This document shows, piece after piece, positions 16,577 to 25,514 of a stretch of DNA of 35,718 nt. The notes beneath the pieces are model-generated. The model saw only the letters and a program-made list of their open reading frames with translations. It was not told the DNA's origin and ran no database searches. Origin of the DNA: Thermodesulfobacteriota bacterium. Lineage in GTDB: Bacteria > Desulfobacterota > Binatia > DP-6. The stretch covers positions 1 to 35,718 of the forward strand of contig JBKPDC010000280.1 in assembly GCA_046727715.1 (NCBI GenBank), given 5' to 3'. Position numbers and translations under genes: made by a program. The number at the start of each line of letters is the position of its first letter. Within the stretch, counting starts at the first letter, position 1.

Positions 16577-17637
16577 CCGAGGGCCAGGCGCTGCTCGCCG
16601 CGGTGGTGATCTGCCGCAACGAGGAGCGCTGGATCGACACCTGCCTGCGCTCGGTCCTGGCGGCACTGGAGCCGGTCCCCGGTGCCGAGGTCGTCGTGGT
16701 GGACTCGTGCTCCACCGATGCCACACGCGAGCGGGCGGCGGCGTTCCCGATCCGCCTGGTCGAGCTCCGCCCCGACGCGCCGCTGTCGCCCGCGCTCGGC
16801 CGGCTGGTCGGGCAGCACCTCACGCGGAGCCGCTACGTGCTCTTCGTCGACGGGGACACGGAGATCGCGAGCGGGTGGGTGCAGGCGGCGCTGGAGCACC
16901 TGGAGGCGCATCCGCGGGTGGCGGCCGTCGACGGCAAGCTGCCGGAGATCTACTACGAGGGGGCGCACGTCGTCGGCGGAAGCGCCGACTGTTTCGGGGC
17001 GGGTGACGTTCCCACCGAGGTCGACGGGCTCGGCGGCAACGCGATCTACCGGCGTGCCGCCCTGGAGCACGTGGGGTCGTTCAATCCGTTCATCGTCTCC
17101 TACGAGGAGGCCGAGCTCGCTGCGCGGCTGCGCCAGGCGGGGTCGGTGGTCGTCCGCCTCCCGGTCGTCATGGGCACGCATCGCACCGGGCCGCGCGGGA
17201 GCCTCATGGAGCTCGGGCGCCGCTACCGGGAGAATCTCATCAAGGGCTACGGACAGACGCTGCGGGTCGCGCTCCGGCAGGGCACGTTCGGCGAGCATGC
17301 CCGGAGCATGAAGCGCTACCTCCAGTTCCAGGCCGTCCTGGCGTTCGGGGTGGTGGCCGGCCTCGCGGGCGTCCTCACCGGCGACGCCCGCTTCGTCGTC
17401 GCCCCGCTCGTGGTCGTGGCGGCGCTGATCCTGGCGTTCATGCTGCGCAGTCGGAGCGTCACGAAGCCATTCCAGCTGATCGCCGATTGGGCCGTCTGGA
17501 CCTGGCCGATGATCCGCGGGTTCGTCGAGCGCCCGCGCGATCCCCGGGCGCTCCGTCCCGCCGCGATGATCGCGGGCTCGCGGGACCTGCGTGCGGAGCC
17601 GCCGCTCACCGCCCCGGCGGTCGCGAGGCGTGCCTGA
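16567..17637 (+). CDS. GT2 glycosyltransferase with C-terminal TMs
   Basis: GTG after GGAGG. VVICRNEE, VVDSCSTD, LFVDGD, GGNAIYRR, YEEAEL..RL. Confidence 0.88.
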   Translation: MALTEGQALLAAVVICRNEERWIDTCLRSVLAALEPVPGAEVVVVDSCSTDATRERAAAFPIRLVELRPDAPLSPALGRLVGQHLTRSRYVLFVDGDTEIASGWVQAALEHLEAHPRVAAVDGKLPEIYYEGAHVVGGSADCFGAGDVPTEVDGLGGNAIYRRAALEHVGSFNPFIVSYEEAELAARLRQAGSVVVRLPVVMGTHRTGPRGSLMELGRRYRENLIKGYGQTLRVALRQGTFGEHARSMKRYLQFQAVLAFGVVAGLAGVLTGDARFVVAPLVVVAALILAFMLRSRSVTKPFQLIADWAVWTWPMIRGFVERPRDPRALRPAAMIAGSRDLRAEPPLTAPAVARRA

Positions 17638-18410
17638 TGTTCCCCGCGGCCGAGCACGCGACGCCGTCCACGCCCGACGAGGAACGCTTTCCGCTCCTCG
17701 GGGTGCCGTTCACGCTGTGCGCCTTCGCGGACGCCGCGGACCGGATCCGGGGCATGATCGCGTCGGGACGTTCCCACCAGGTCGTGCTCGCCAACGCGCA
17801 CACCCTCAACCTGGCGGCAGACGACCCGTCGTATCGCCGCATCGTCGCGGACGCCGACCTGGTCCTGCGCGACGGGGCCGGCGTCGAGCTCGCCGCGCGG
17901 CTGGCGGGGGTGGACGCCGGGCACAACTTCGTCGGAACCGACTTCGTCCCCGCCCTGCTCCAGCATCTCGGGCCGCGGGAGGTCCGGGTGTTCCTTTTCG
18001 GGGCGCAGGCCGGTGTCGCCGAGCGAGCGGCGCATGTGCTGCGGGCGCGGGGATCGCACATCCGCATCGTCGGGACGGCGCCCGGGTACGGCGCGTTGCC
18101 GCGCGTCGCGCAGCAGGTGCGCGCCACTCGACCGGACGTGCTGCTCGTGGCGCTCGGCAACCCGTTGCAGGAGCGGTGGATCGACGAGCACCGCGACCAC
18201 CTCGGGGTGCCGGTGTCGATCGGGGTCGGTGCCCTCTTCGACTACCTCGCCGGCCGGGTGCGGCGCGCGCCCGGCTGGGTACTCGGCCTGCGCGCGGAAT
18301 GGCTCTTCCGTCTCCTCGTCGAACCGAAGCGGCTGTGGCAACGCTACGTGCTGGGCAATCCGCGGTTCGTGTGGCGTGTGCTCCGCAGCCGCCGAAGGGA
18401 GCAGTGGTGA
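17637..18410 (+). CDS. WecB/TagA/CpsF-family glycosyltransferase (GT26)
   Basis: ANAH, DLVLRDGAG, GTDFV, VFLFGA, LLVALGNPLQERWI, GVGALFDYLAG..RRAP, EWLFRL..EP.RLW.RY..GN. Confidence 0.93.
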   Translation: MFPAAEHATPSTPDEERFPLLGVPFTLCAFADAADRIRGMIASGRSHQVVLANAHTLNLAADDPSYRRIVADADLVLRDGAGVELAARLAGVDAGHNFVGTDFVPALLQHLGPREVRVFLFGAQAGVAERAAHVLRARGSHIRIVGTAPGYGALPRVAQQVRATRPDVLLVALGNPLQERWIDEHRDHLGVPVSIGVGALFDYLAGRVRRAPGWVLGLRAEWLFRLLVEPKRLWQRYVLGNPRFVWRVLRSRRREQW

Positions 18411-19276
18411 GCGAGACGAGACTGTTGACGGTCGCGGAGCACGGGACGCCCCGGGCCGCCGCGCTCCGCCAGCTGCTGGCGCGAGCCGCGTCCCTGGGCT
18501 GGCTGGACGGCGCCACCGCGCGCGCCGTCTTGCACGTCGGGACGTGCGGCCGCTCGGCGCTGGCCGCCGAGACCGCGCAGGCGCTGGCGGCGTTGCTGCG
18601 CGAACGCGCCCCGTCGCTGCGGCTCGAGGTGCTGGATCCCGCGGAGAGCGAAGGAGAGTGGAACGCCTTTCCCCGGCTGCCCGTCGGTCGGCACGACACG
18701 GTACAGGTGGAGGGTACGCGGGGCATCCTGCTGCGTGTGCCGCGGCTGTGGTTCGAGCGCTTCTTCCTCTCCACGGTGGTCGCGGTGCATCCCGATCGCC
18801 GGTGGCGCATCGGCGGCGTGCTCCAGGCGCAGGCGGAGATCCTCGCCTACTTGAATCCTGGCCTGGCGAGCAGCGTGCTGCTGTCCGAGGCGCATCGCCT
18901 GGGCGCGTCGGACCTGGCGATCGCGTGCGGCTCGCACCCGGTAGAGGGCGCCTGGTGGGTTGCCAGCCCGCGCGACGTCCTGGTCGAGGGCGCGATGGCT
19001 CGCGCCGCGGGAATCGATCCGCGCGCCCTGCCGAGCATCCGGACCATCGCGCGGCACGAGCTCCTCGAGGCGTGGGAGGGCGCTGGCGGACCGGAGCTTC
19101 CCGGCGTCGCGCGCGGCGCCGCCGCTGCGACCGTATTGGCGGCGCGCGAGCAGGGCGCGACCGCGGTCCGCCGCACGCTCGAGGACGCCCGGCGGGTCGG
19201 CCGCAACCTGCGCAAGGTGCCGCAGGCGGTGCGGCGCCGGCTCGCCGCGCGCCGCGGCAGGGAGCAGTCGGCATGA
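18407..19276 (+). CDS. Hypothetical protein, possibly a degenerate DUF362-like fold
   Basis: Translationally coupled on both sides (GTGA and ATGA overlaps). WVASPRDVLVEGAMARAAGIDPRALPSI resembles the DUF362 C-terminal motif, but no KxH motif is visible. Confidence 0.6.
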   Translation: MSETRLLTVAEHGTPRAAALRQLLARAASLGWLDGATARAVLHVGTCGRSALAAETAQALAALLRERAPSLRLEVLDPAESEGEWNAFPRLPVGRHDTVQVEGTRGILLRVPRLWFERFFLSTVVAVHPDRRWRIGGVLQAQAEILAYLNPGLASSVLLSEAHRLGASDLAIACGSHPVEGAWWVASPRDVLVEGAMARAAGIDPRALPSIRTIARHELLEAWEGAGGPELPGVARGAAAATVLAAREQGATAVRRTLEDARRVGRNLRKVPQAVRRRLAARRGREQSA

Positions 19277-20253
19277 GGCCGCTCCGATTCGGCGTCGTCG
19301 GGTGCGGCGCCATCGTCACGCTGCACCAGCTCCCCGCGCTGCGGCGGTGCCGGGCCCTCACGCTGGTCGGTCTGGTGGACCGTGACCGCACGTGGGCGGC
19401 GCAGGTGGCGCGGCGCGCCGGCGTTCCGGGCGCGTTCGATGATCACCGCGACTTGCTCGGCAAGGTTGACGCCGTGCTGGTGGCGACGCCGAATGCGACG
19501 CACGCCGACATCGTGTGCGACCTGCTCGCGCACGGCGTCCACGTGCTGTGCGAGAAGCCGCTCGGCACGACCGGCCCCGAAGTCGCGCGCATGCTCACCG
19601 CGGCCGCACACAGCGGCGCGCGGCTCATGACCGCGCATTGCCTCCGCTTCAGCCCGAGCCTGGAGATGCTGAAGACCGTGGTCGACGAGGGATGGATCGG
19701 TCACGTCGAGCGCGTGCACGCGACGATCGGCGGGCCCTACGAAGGGGTCGCCCGGCGCACCGACTTCCGGCGCCAGCGGGCGCTGTCGGGCGGCGGCGTG
19801 CTCATGGACCTCGGGGTCCACATGCTGGACCTCATGGTGTGGCTGGCGGGCAGGGCGCCGGTGGCGGTGGAGTACGCGGCATCGTGCGCCGACGGCTGGG
19901 AGGTCGAGACCGACGCCGAGGTCGCGCTGCGCTTCCCGGACGACACCCAGGCGTCCCTCCAGGCGAGCTACTCGACCCCGCAGAGGAACTGCCTCGTGGT
20001 GCATGGTGCGCAGGGCTGGGCGCGCGCGTCGCTCTACGTGACCACGGAGCTGACGGTCTTCGCCGAGGAGGCACGCATCTGCCGTCGGGCCGGCCTGCAA
20101 ACGCTCCGGCTGCCGGACTGCAACATGTACGACGCCCAGATCGCACACTTCTGCCACGGCGTCGCCACTGGTGAGCCGTTTCGCGTGCGCGACGCGGAGG
20201 TCCGCGCCACCATCGGCGTCATCGACCGGTGCTACGGGAGGATGGCCGCGTGA
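19273..20253 (+). CDS. Second Gfo/Idh/MocA oxidoreductase
   Basis: FGVVGCGAI, VATPNATH, VLCEKPLG, GGGVLMDLGVHMLD, VETDA. Confidence 0.9.
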   Translation: MRPLRFGVVGCGAIVTLHQLPALRRCRALTLVGLVDRDRTWAAQVARRAGVPGAFDDHRDLLGKVDAVLVATPNATHADIVCDLLAHGVHVLCEKPLGTTGPEVARMLTAAAHSGARLMTAHCLRFSPSLEMLKTVVDEGWIGHVERVHATIGGPYEGVARRTDFRRQRALSGGGVLMDLGVHMLDLMVWLAGRAPVAVEYAASCADGWEVETDAEVALRFPDDTQASLQASYSTPQRNCLVVHGAQGWARASLYVTTELTVFAEEARICRRAGLQTLRLPDCNMYDAQIAHFCHGVATGEPFRVRDAEVRATIGVIDRCYGRMAA

Positions 20254-21284
20254 GCACGAGGATCGGCAGTGCCCTCGTGACCGGCGCCGCGGGCTTCGTG
20301 GGCGCACGGATGGTGGAGCGCCTGCTGCGGCGCCACGTGCCGGCGCGGGCGCTGGTCCGCCACCGCCTGGCCCGCGGTGCCGGCACGCCGGGGCCCGAGT
20401 GGGTGCATGGCGACGTGACTGATCCCGCGTCGCTGCGGGCCGCCGTCGCGGGCTGCGACGTCGTTTTCCACTGCGCCTGGGGGGGCGAGTCGCTCGCCGA
20501 CGCCCGCCGCATCAACGTGGAGGGAACACGCCACCTGCTCGAGGCAGCCGCCGCGGCCGGCGTGCACCGGATCGTGCACCTGAGCACGATGGCCGTGCAC
20601 GGAGACGGGCTGCCGCCGGAGCTGACGGAGGATTTCCCGCTCGTCAGGGGCGGGGATGCCTACGGGCTGAGCAAGGCGGAGGGAGAGCAGTTGGCGCTGG
20701 AGTTCGGCCGGGCCCAGGGCGTCGAGGTGGTCGCACTCCGGCCCACCCTGGTGTACGGCCCGGCCGCGCCGTACTGGGTCGTTGCGTACTTCGAGCGCGT
20801 CAAGCGCGAGGAGGTGGCGCTCGTCGACGGCGGGACGGGTCTGGCCAACCTGCTCTTCGTGGAGGACCTCGTGGACGCCATGTGGGCCGCGGCCGAGGCG
20901 CCCGGCGCTGCTGGCGCGGCGTGCTTGGTCTCGGGTGAGCGCGCGGTCACGTGGGCCGAATACCTCGGCCACTTCGCCCGCATGTGCCGCAAGCCGCTGC
21001 CGCCGTCGGTGCCGCTGTGGCGGGCCAAGCTCGAGATGCAGGTGCTGCGTGTCTACGGCACCCTCACGCAGCGGCCACGGCGGCTCCAGGGCATGGACGT
21101 GCGCTTGATGTCGCAGCGCTGCGCCGTCCGTATCGACCGCGCGCGGCAGGTACTCGGCTGGTCGCCGGCCACCTCGCTGGAGCAGGGCATGGCCGTGTGC
21201 GAGGCCTGGCTGCGACGTGAGGGTCATCTCCCCGTCGAGGACGGCCCGGTCGAGTCCCCGCGGGTGCGACGGAGCGCAGGATGA
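20250..21284 (+). CDS. NAD-dependent epimerase/dehydratase (extended SDR)
   Basis: ALVTGAAGFVG, GDVTD, VFHCA, NVEGT, HLST, YGLSK (YxxxK), RPTLVYGP. GGGAGG RBS. Confidence 0.92.
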   Translation: MSTRIGSALVTGAAGFVGARMVERLLRRHVPARALVRHRLARGAGTPGPEWVHGDVTDPASLRAAVAGCDVVFHCAWGGESLADARRINVEGTRHLLEAAAAAGVHRIVHLSTMAVHGDGLPPELTEDFPLVRGGDAYGLSKAEGEQLALEFGRAQGVEVVALRPTLVYGPAAPYWVVAYFERVKREEVALVDGGTGLANLLFVEDLVDAMWAAAEAPGAAGAACLVSGERAVTWAEYLGHFARMCRKPLPPSVPLWRAKLEMQVLRVYGTLTQRPRRLQGMDVRLMSQRCAVRIDRARQVLGWSPATSLEQGMAVCEAWLRREGHLPVEDGPVESPRVRRSAG

Positions 21285-22732
21285 TGCATCGCGCCGTCTC
21301 CAGAAACTTCGCCTTCATCGCCGTGAGCAACGTGCTCGCGCCGATGTTCTCCCTGGTGCTGGTACTGGCCATCAGCCGCTTCCAGGGCGTCGAGGTACTC
21401 GGGAAGTATTCGCTCCTGATGAGCGTGTTCGTGTTCGGCATGTCGGTGGCGGGGTTCGGCCTGCCGGTCGTCATCACCCGCGAGGTCGCCCAGGCGCCGC
21501 TCGAAGCCGGTCGCTGGTTCATGAACGCGGCTGCGCTGTCCGCGGGGATCGCGCTGCCGCTCCTCGGAGTGGCGCTCCTCGCGTGCAGACGCTGGGCAGA
21601 CGACGGCGACATGGCGCTGGCGCTCGGCCTGACGGCACTCACGGTGCTGCCCTCCGCAGTCACGCAGTGCGCCGAGGCGGTGCTGCTGGCGTACGAGCGC
21701 GCGCATGATTTCGTGCTGATCAATCTCGGCGAGACCGTGCTCCGGGCCGCCGCGGGGACGCTGCTCGTGGTGAGCGGGTGGGGCGTGGTCGCGATCGCCA
21801 TCCTCCTGCTCGTGCTGCGGGTCGCCGCGGCCGTCGTCTTCGTCGCGGCGCTGCGCCGCCGCGGCGTGCAGACGCCGTACCGGATCGAGCCGCGGCTGCT
21901 CCGGCGGCTGGCAGGCTACATCCCCGTGACCGGCTTTATCCCGGTGGTGAACGCGCTCTACGCGCGCGCCGACGTCTTCCTGCTCTCGAGCCTGGGCAGC
22001 TGGCGTGACGTCGGCCTCTACAGCGCCGCGCTTCGCCTGGTCGACCTCGCGCGGACCGTGACGCCGGCATACGCTCGCGCGATGTACCCCGTTCTCGCGC
22101 GCCTGCGGGCCGCCGGCGCGGCGGAGTACAACGCGGCAGCGCGCCGGGCAACACGCGCCGGCCTCCTCCTGACGGCGCCGATCGTCCTTGCGATGTACGG
22201 CTGCGCCGATCTGCTCATCCGGCTGTTGTTCGGCCCGGACCTGGCGCCGGCGGCCGAGACGCTGCGCATCCTTGCCTGGGCCGTCATTCCCTTCGCCCTC
22301 GCCATCGTGCTCGCGCAGGTGCTGTTCGCGGCCGACCGCCAGGCGGTCGATCTGGCCGTCAATCTGGTGAGCATGGCCGTCAGCGTGATCGGGGCCGTCG
22401 TCCTCATCCCGCGGCTCGGCGCTGCGGGCGCGGCGGTGGCCGCCGTGGCCGCGTCGACCGCCTACGCCTCCCTGCAGTACGCCGGGGTCGTGCGATGGGC
22501 GGTGCCGCTGGCCATGGGTGCCGACCTCGGACGCCTGGCGCTGGCGATGGGTGCGGCGCTGCTCGTCCTGCGGGCTGCGTACGCGGTCGGGCCGATCGTC
22601 GCGACCGCCCTCGCGCTTGCCACGCTCGGGGGGGTCGTCGCGGCCACGGGCCTCGTGTCCGTGGGCGAGCTCAGGCGGCGGTTCGGCTGGGGAGCGCTCG
22701 CCACACCGAAGCGGGAGGGGGTGACCCTGTGA
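21281..22732 (+). CDS. wzx: Wzx flippase (MOP/PST family)
   Basis: About 12-14 hydrophobic segments. RNFAF, LGKYS, FGLPVVITREVA, YARADVFLL, VGLYSAA, LIPRLGAAGAA. Confidence 0.9.
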   Translation: MMHRAVSRNFAFIAVSNVLAPMFSLVLVLAISRFQGVEVLGKYSLLMSVFVFGMSVAGFGLPVVITREVAQAPLEAGRWFMNAAALSAGIALPLLGVALLACRRWADDGDMALALGLTALTVLPSAVTQCAEAVLLAYERAHDFVLINLGETVLRAAAGTLLVVSGWGVVAIAILLLVLRVAAAVVFVAALRRRGVQTPYRIEPRLLRRLAGYIPVTGFIPVVNALYARADVFLLSSLGSWRDVGLYSAALRLVDLARTVTPAYARAMYPVLARLRAAGAAEYNAAARRATRAGLLLTAPIVLAMYGCADLLIRLLFGPDLAPAAETLRILAWAVIPFALAIVLAQVLFAADRQAVDLAVNLVSMAVSVIGAVVLIPRLGAAGAAVAAVAASTAYASLQYAGVVRWAVPLAMGADLGRLALAMGAALLVLRAAYAVGPIVATALALATLGGVVAATGLVSVGELRRRFGWGALATPKREGVTL

Positions 22733-24237
22733 CGGACAGGGCGGGCGCGCGTCGCCCCGCGGCAGGCGGCGGTCTGGCGCCGGGTCTCGGTCTCGGCGTC
22801 GTGTTCGGCGTCGGTGCGCTGTACATGTTCGGCGAGGAGACGCGGTTCGCCGTCTACGGCCTCGGCGCGCTCATCGCGCTCGCCTTCCTGCCGGGTCTGG
22901 TACGGCGCGTCGGTTCGCTGGAACGACTGCTCTTCGCCGCCCTCGTCCTCTCGCTGCAGTTCGACGTTGCGCTCGCCTACAAGTTCCGGCCGTTCAAGCC
23001 CGCGGGGCCGTACGGGCTACTGATCTCGCCGACCCTCGTGATCGCGACGGCGCTGTTCGGGCTCCGCATCGTGCTCGCGTCTCGCGTCCTGGGGCCGCGC
23101 TTGCGCGCGGACGCCTCGCTCGTCCGGTGGATCGCCTTGATGCTCCTGGCGGGCGTGCTGTCGAGCGTGAGCACCGTGGACCGCCAGCTGGTCTCGTTCG
23201 GGCTCTTCGAGCTGCTCACGGTCGGCCTGATCGCGGTCGTCGCGATGGACCAGTGCGGCACGACCGATGGCCTGCGGGTCGTGCAGCGGCTGCTCGGCTG
23301 GACCCTCGTGATACAGAGCCTGCTCATCATCGTCGGCTTCGCCACCGGCGTGCAGATCTCGCTCAGCCATGGGGTTCGCGGGGAGGACTACGGCTGGGCG
23401 GCGACGGGCCGCTTCGCGGGCACGCTCAACACCCCCTCGGCGGCCGGGACCATGCTCGTCGTCTGCCTGCTCGGCGCGCTCACGCGACTCTACCAGCGCG
23501 GGAACGCCTCGGAACGCGTCTGGCTGTACGTCCAGCTCGGACTCGGCAGCTTCGCGCTCCTCCTCACACAGACGCGTACGGCCTGGATAGGGCTGATCAT
23601 CGGGGGCGCTGGCATCCTGCGGGCGGCGGTCCGCCGCCGCGAGCTGAGCGGCGCGCGGCTCCTCGCGGTGGCCGGCCTCGTGCTGGTCGTTTGCCTGGCC
23701 GCCTGGCCGTTCATCGCCGGCCGCGTCGAGGCGAGCCATTCCGACGACGCCGAGGTCCGCTGGCGGCTGGTCAAGGTCGCGATGGCGATGATCAAGACCC
23801 ATCCGCTGGTCGGCGTCGGCCTGAACACGGCGACCACGCAGGTGCGCGATTACGCCGCGCGGGCCGGAGCGGAAGGCTGGGTGTTCATCGTGCACAACCA
23901 GTTCCTGCTCGTCTGGGTGGAGACCGGGGTGCTCGGCTTCCTCGCCTTCGTCTGGCTCTTCCGGCTGGGACTGCGAGCCGCGTCGCGCCTCAAGCACGCA
24001 GCGGATCAGGAGCTCCGGAACGCCGGCTTGTGGCTCTTCTGGTCGTTCATCATGCTCGTCTGGGCCCTGAGCATGGATCACGTGAGCGGCGCCGCGACGT
24101 ACAAGCTCGTCTTCTTCCTGTTCGGCGTCGCCCTCGGTGCGGCTCGACTGGTGCCGCGTCCGGACCAGACGGGGGTCGAGGTGCCTGGCCCGCCGGGCCC
24201 GGCACCGGAGCGGGCACGCGCCAGCGCCGCAGCATGA
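22729..24237 (+). CDS. wzy: Wzy polymerase / O-antigen ligase-family protein
   Basis: Multi-TM. RFAGTLNTP, LLLTQTRTAW, R.RL...A.AMIKTHPLVGVGLN, VHNQFLLVWVETGVLG (Wzy_C motifs). Confidence 0.85.
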   Translation: MTDRAGARRPAAGGGLAPGLGLGVVFGVGALYMFGEETRFAVYGLGALIALAFLPGLVRRVGSLERLLFAALVLSLQFDVALAYKFRPFKPAGPYGLLISPTLVIATALFGLRIVLASRVLGPRLRADASLVRWIALMLLAGVLSSVSTVDRQLVSFGLFELLTVGLIAVVAMDQCGTTDGLRVVQRLLGWTLVIQSLLIIVGFATGVQISLSHGVRGEDYGWAATGRFAGTLNTPSAAGTMLVVCLLGALTRLYQRGNASERVWLYVQLGLGSFALLLTQTRTAWIGLIIGGAGILRAAVRRRELSGARLLAVAGLVLVVCLAAWPFIAGRVEASHSDDAEVRWRLVKVAMAMIKTHPLVGVGLNTATTQVRDYAARAGAEGWVFIVHNQFLLVWVETGVLGFLAFVWLFRLGLRAASRLKHAADQELRNAGLWLFWSFIMLVWALSMDHVSGAATYKLVFFLFGVALGAARLVPRPDQTGVEVPGPPGPAPERARASAAA

Positions 24238-25514
24238 GGGCGCCCATGTCCATGCATATCGTGCGCGAGGACGAGAGCCGGGTGCCCGCGGTGTCCGTGA
24301 TCGCTCCGGCGCTCAACTCCGCCGCCACCATCGGCCGCTGCATGGCCGCGCTGGCGGCTCAGCAGACGCGTCATCTGTTCGAGGTGCTCGTCGTGCACTC
24401 GGGTGAGGACGACACGTGCGCGGTCGCGACCAGCACATTGCCGGAGGCGCGCACGATCCAGCTCCCCGCGCGGGCGCTGGCAGCGCGCGCCCGGGCCGTC
24501 GGCGTCGCGGCGGCGCGAGGAGACATCCTGGCGTTCGTCGACAGCGACGCGTATGCGGCCCCCGACTGGATCGACCAGGTCGTGTGCAGCGCGGAATCGG
24601 GCTACGACCTCGTCTGCGGCGCCATCGACAACGCCAATCCGGGCGCGCGCGTCAGTCGTGCGGAGCAGCTGCTCATGTTCAGCGAGTTTCTGCGCGAGAC
24701 GCCGTGGCGACCGATGTGGTTCGCCCTGTCCGGCAACCTGGTCATGCGCCGTGCCACCTACGAGCGGTTCGGGCCCTTCGTGGAGATCCGTGCGGCTGAG
24801 GACCTGATCTTCTCCCGTCGCCTCCGGCTCGCGGGCGGACGCATCCTCTTCTCTCCCACCATGCGCGTGGCGCACGACAACCGCCGCCACCTGCGGCCGT
24901 ACCTGCGCAACCAGCTCCTGCTCGGGAAGTACACCGCGATGGCGCGACGGGTCGTGCCGTTCGACGATGCCCGCTCGCCGCTCGTCTTTCTCGCGCTCCT
25001 ACCCGTGGCGCCGGCCGCGAAGCTCGGGAAGATCGTCTGGCGGCTCCTGCGCTGGTGCCCACGCCAGCTGCTGGCGCTGGTGCGCGACTTCCCGCTCGTG
25101 CTGCTCGGCGTCCTCGCCTACGGCGTCGGTCAGGTGCGCGGCGCGTTTGCTGCGACGGGTTCGCTCGACGACTTCGGCCGCAGCGGCGGCTCGGCACCCG
25201 CGAGCACGGACGAGAACACCTCGGCGAGCCAGACCGCCTCGCGTCCCACGTCGAACTCCCGCTCCACCATCCGGCGCCCGGCGGCGCCGAACCGCTCGCG
25301 AAGCGCAGCGTCGGCGAACAGCGTGTCGATGGCCCGGGTGAGCGCCTCGACGTCGCCCGGCGGCACCACGAAGCCGGAGACGCCGTCCTCGACGAGCTCG
25401 CTGACTCCGGCCACCCGGGTGGTGACGACGGGCACTCCCGAGGCCATTGCCTCCATCAGGACGACGGGCACGCCTTCCGCAAAGCTCGGCAGCACGAAGA
25501 CGTCGGTCTCCTGA
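24234..25514 (+). CDS. GT2 glycosyltransferase; about 115-aa C-terminal tail runs antisense into the GT4 gene
   Basis: VSVIAPALN, AFVDSD, SGNLVMRR, AEDL. The protein-like sequence ends around 25160 and is followed by a Ser/Thr-rich shadow-type tail. Alternative start at 24246. Confidence 0.82.
   Translation: MRAPMSMHIVREDESRVPAVSVIAPALNSAATIGRCMAALAAQQTRHLFEVLVVHSGEDDTCAVATSTLPEARTIQLPARALAARARAVGVAAARGDILAFVDSDAYAAPDWIDQVVCSAESGYDLVCGAIDNANPGARVSRAEQLLMFSEFLRETPWRPMWFALSGNLVMRRATYERFGPFVEIRAAEDLIFSRRLRLAGGRILFSPTMRVAHDNRRHLRPYLRNQLLLGKYTAMARRVVPFDDARSPLVFLALLPVAPAAKLGKIVWRLLRWCPRQLLALVRDFPLVLLGVLAYGVGQVRGAFAATGSLDDFGRSGGSAPASTDENTSASQTASRPTSNSRSTIRRPAAPNRSRSAASANSVSMARVSASTSPGGTTKPETPSSTSSLTPATRVVTTGTPEAIASIRTTGTPSAKLGSTKTSVS

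Noticed and set aside
3000-24890. Many long minus-strand and alternate-frame ORFs (e.g. 3000-5096, 11101-13149, 12678-14624, 17316-19391, 18847-20307)
   Set aside because: Stop-poor shadows typical of very GC-rich DNA; they fully overlap motif-supported + strand genes.
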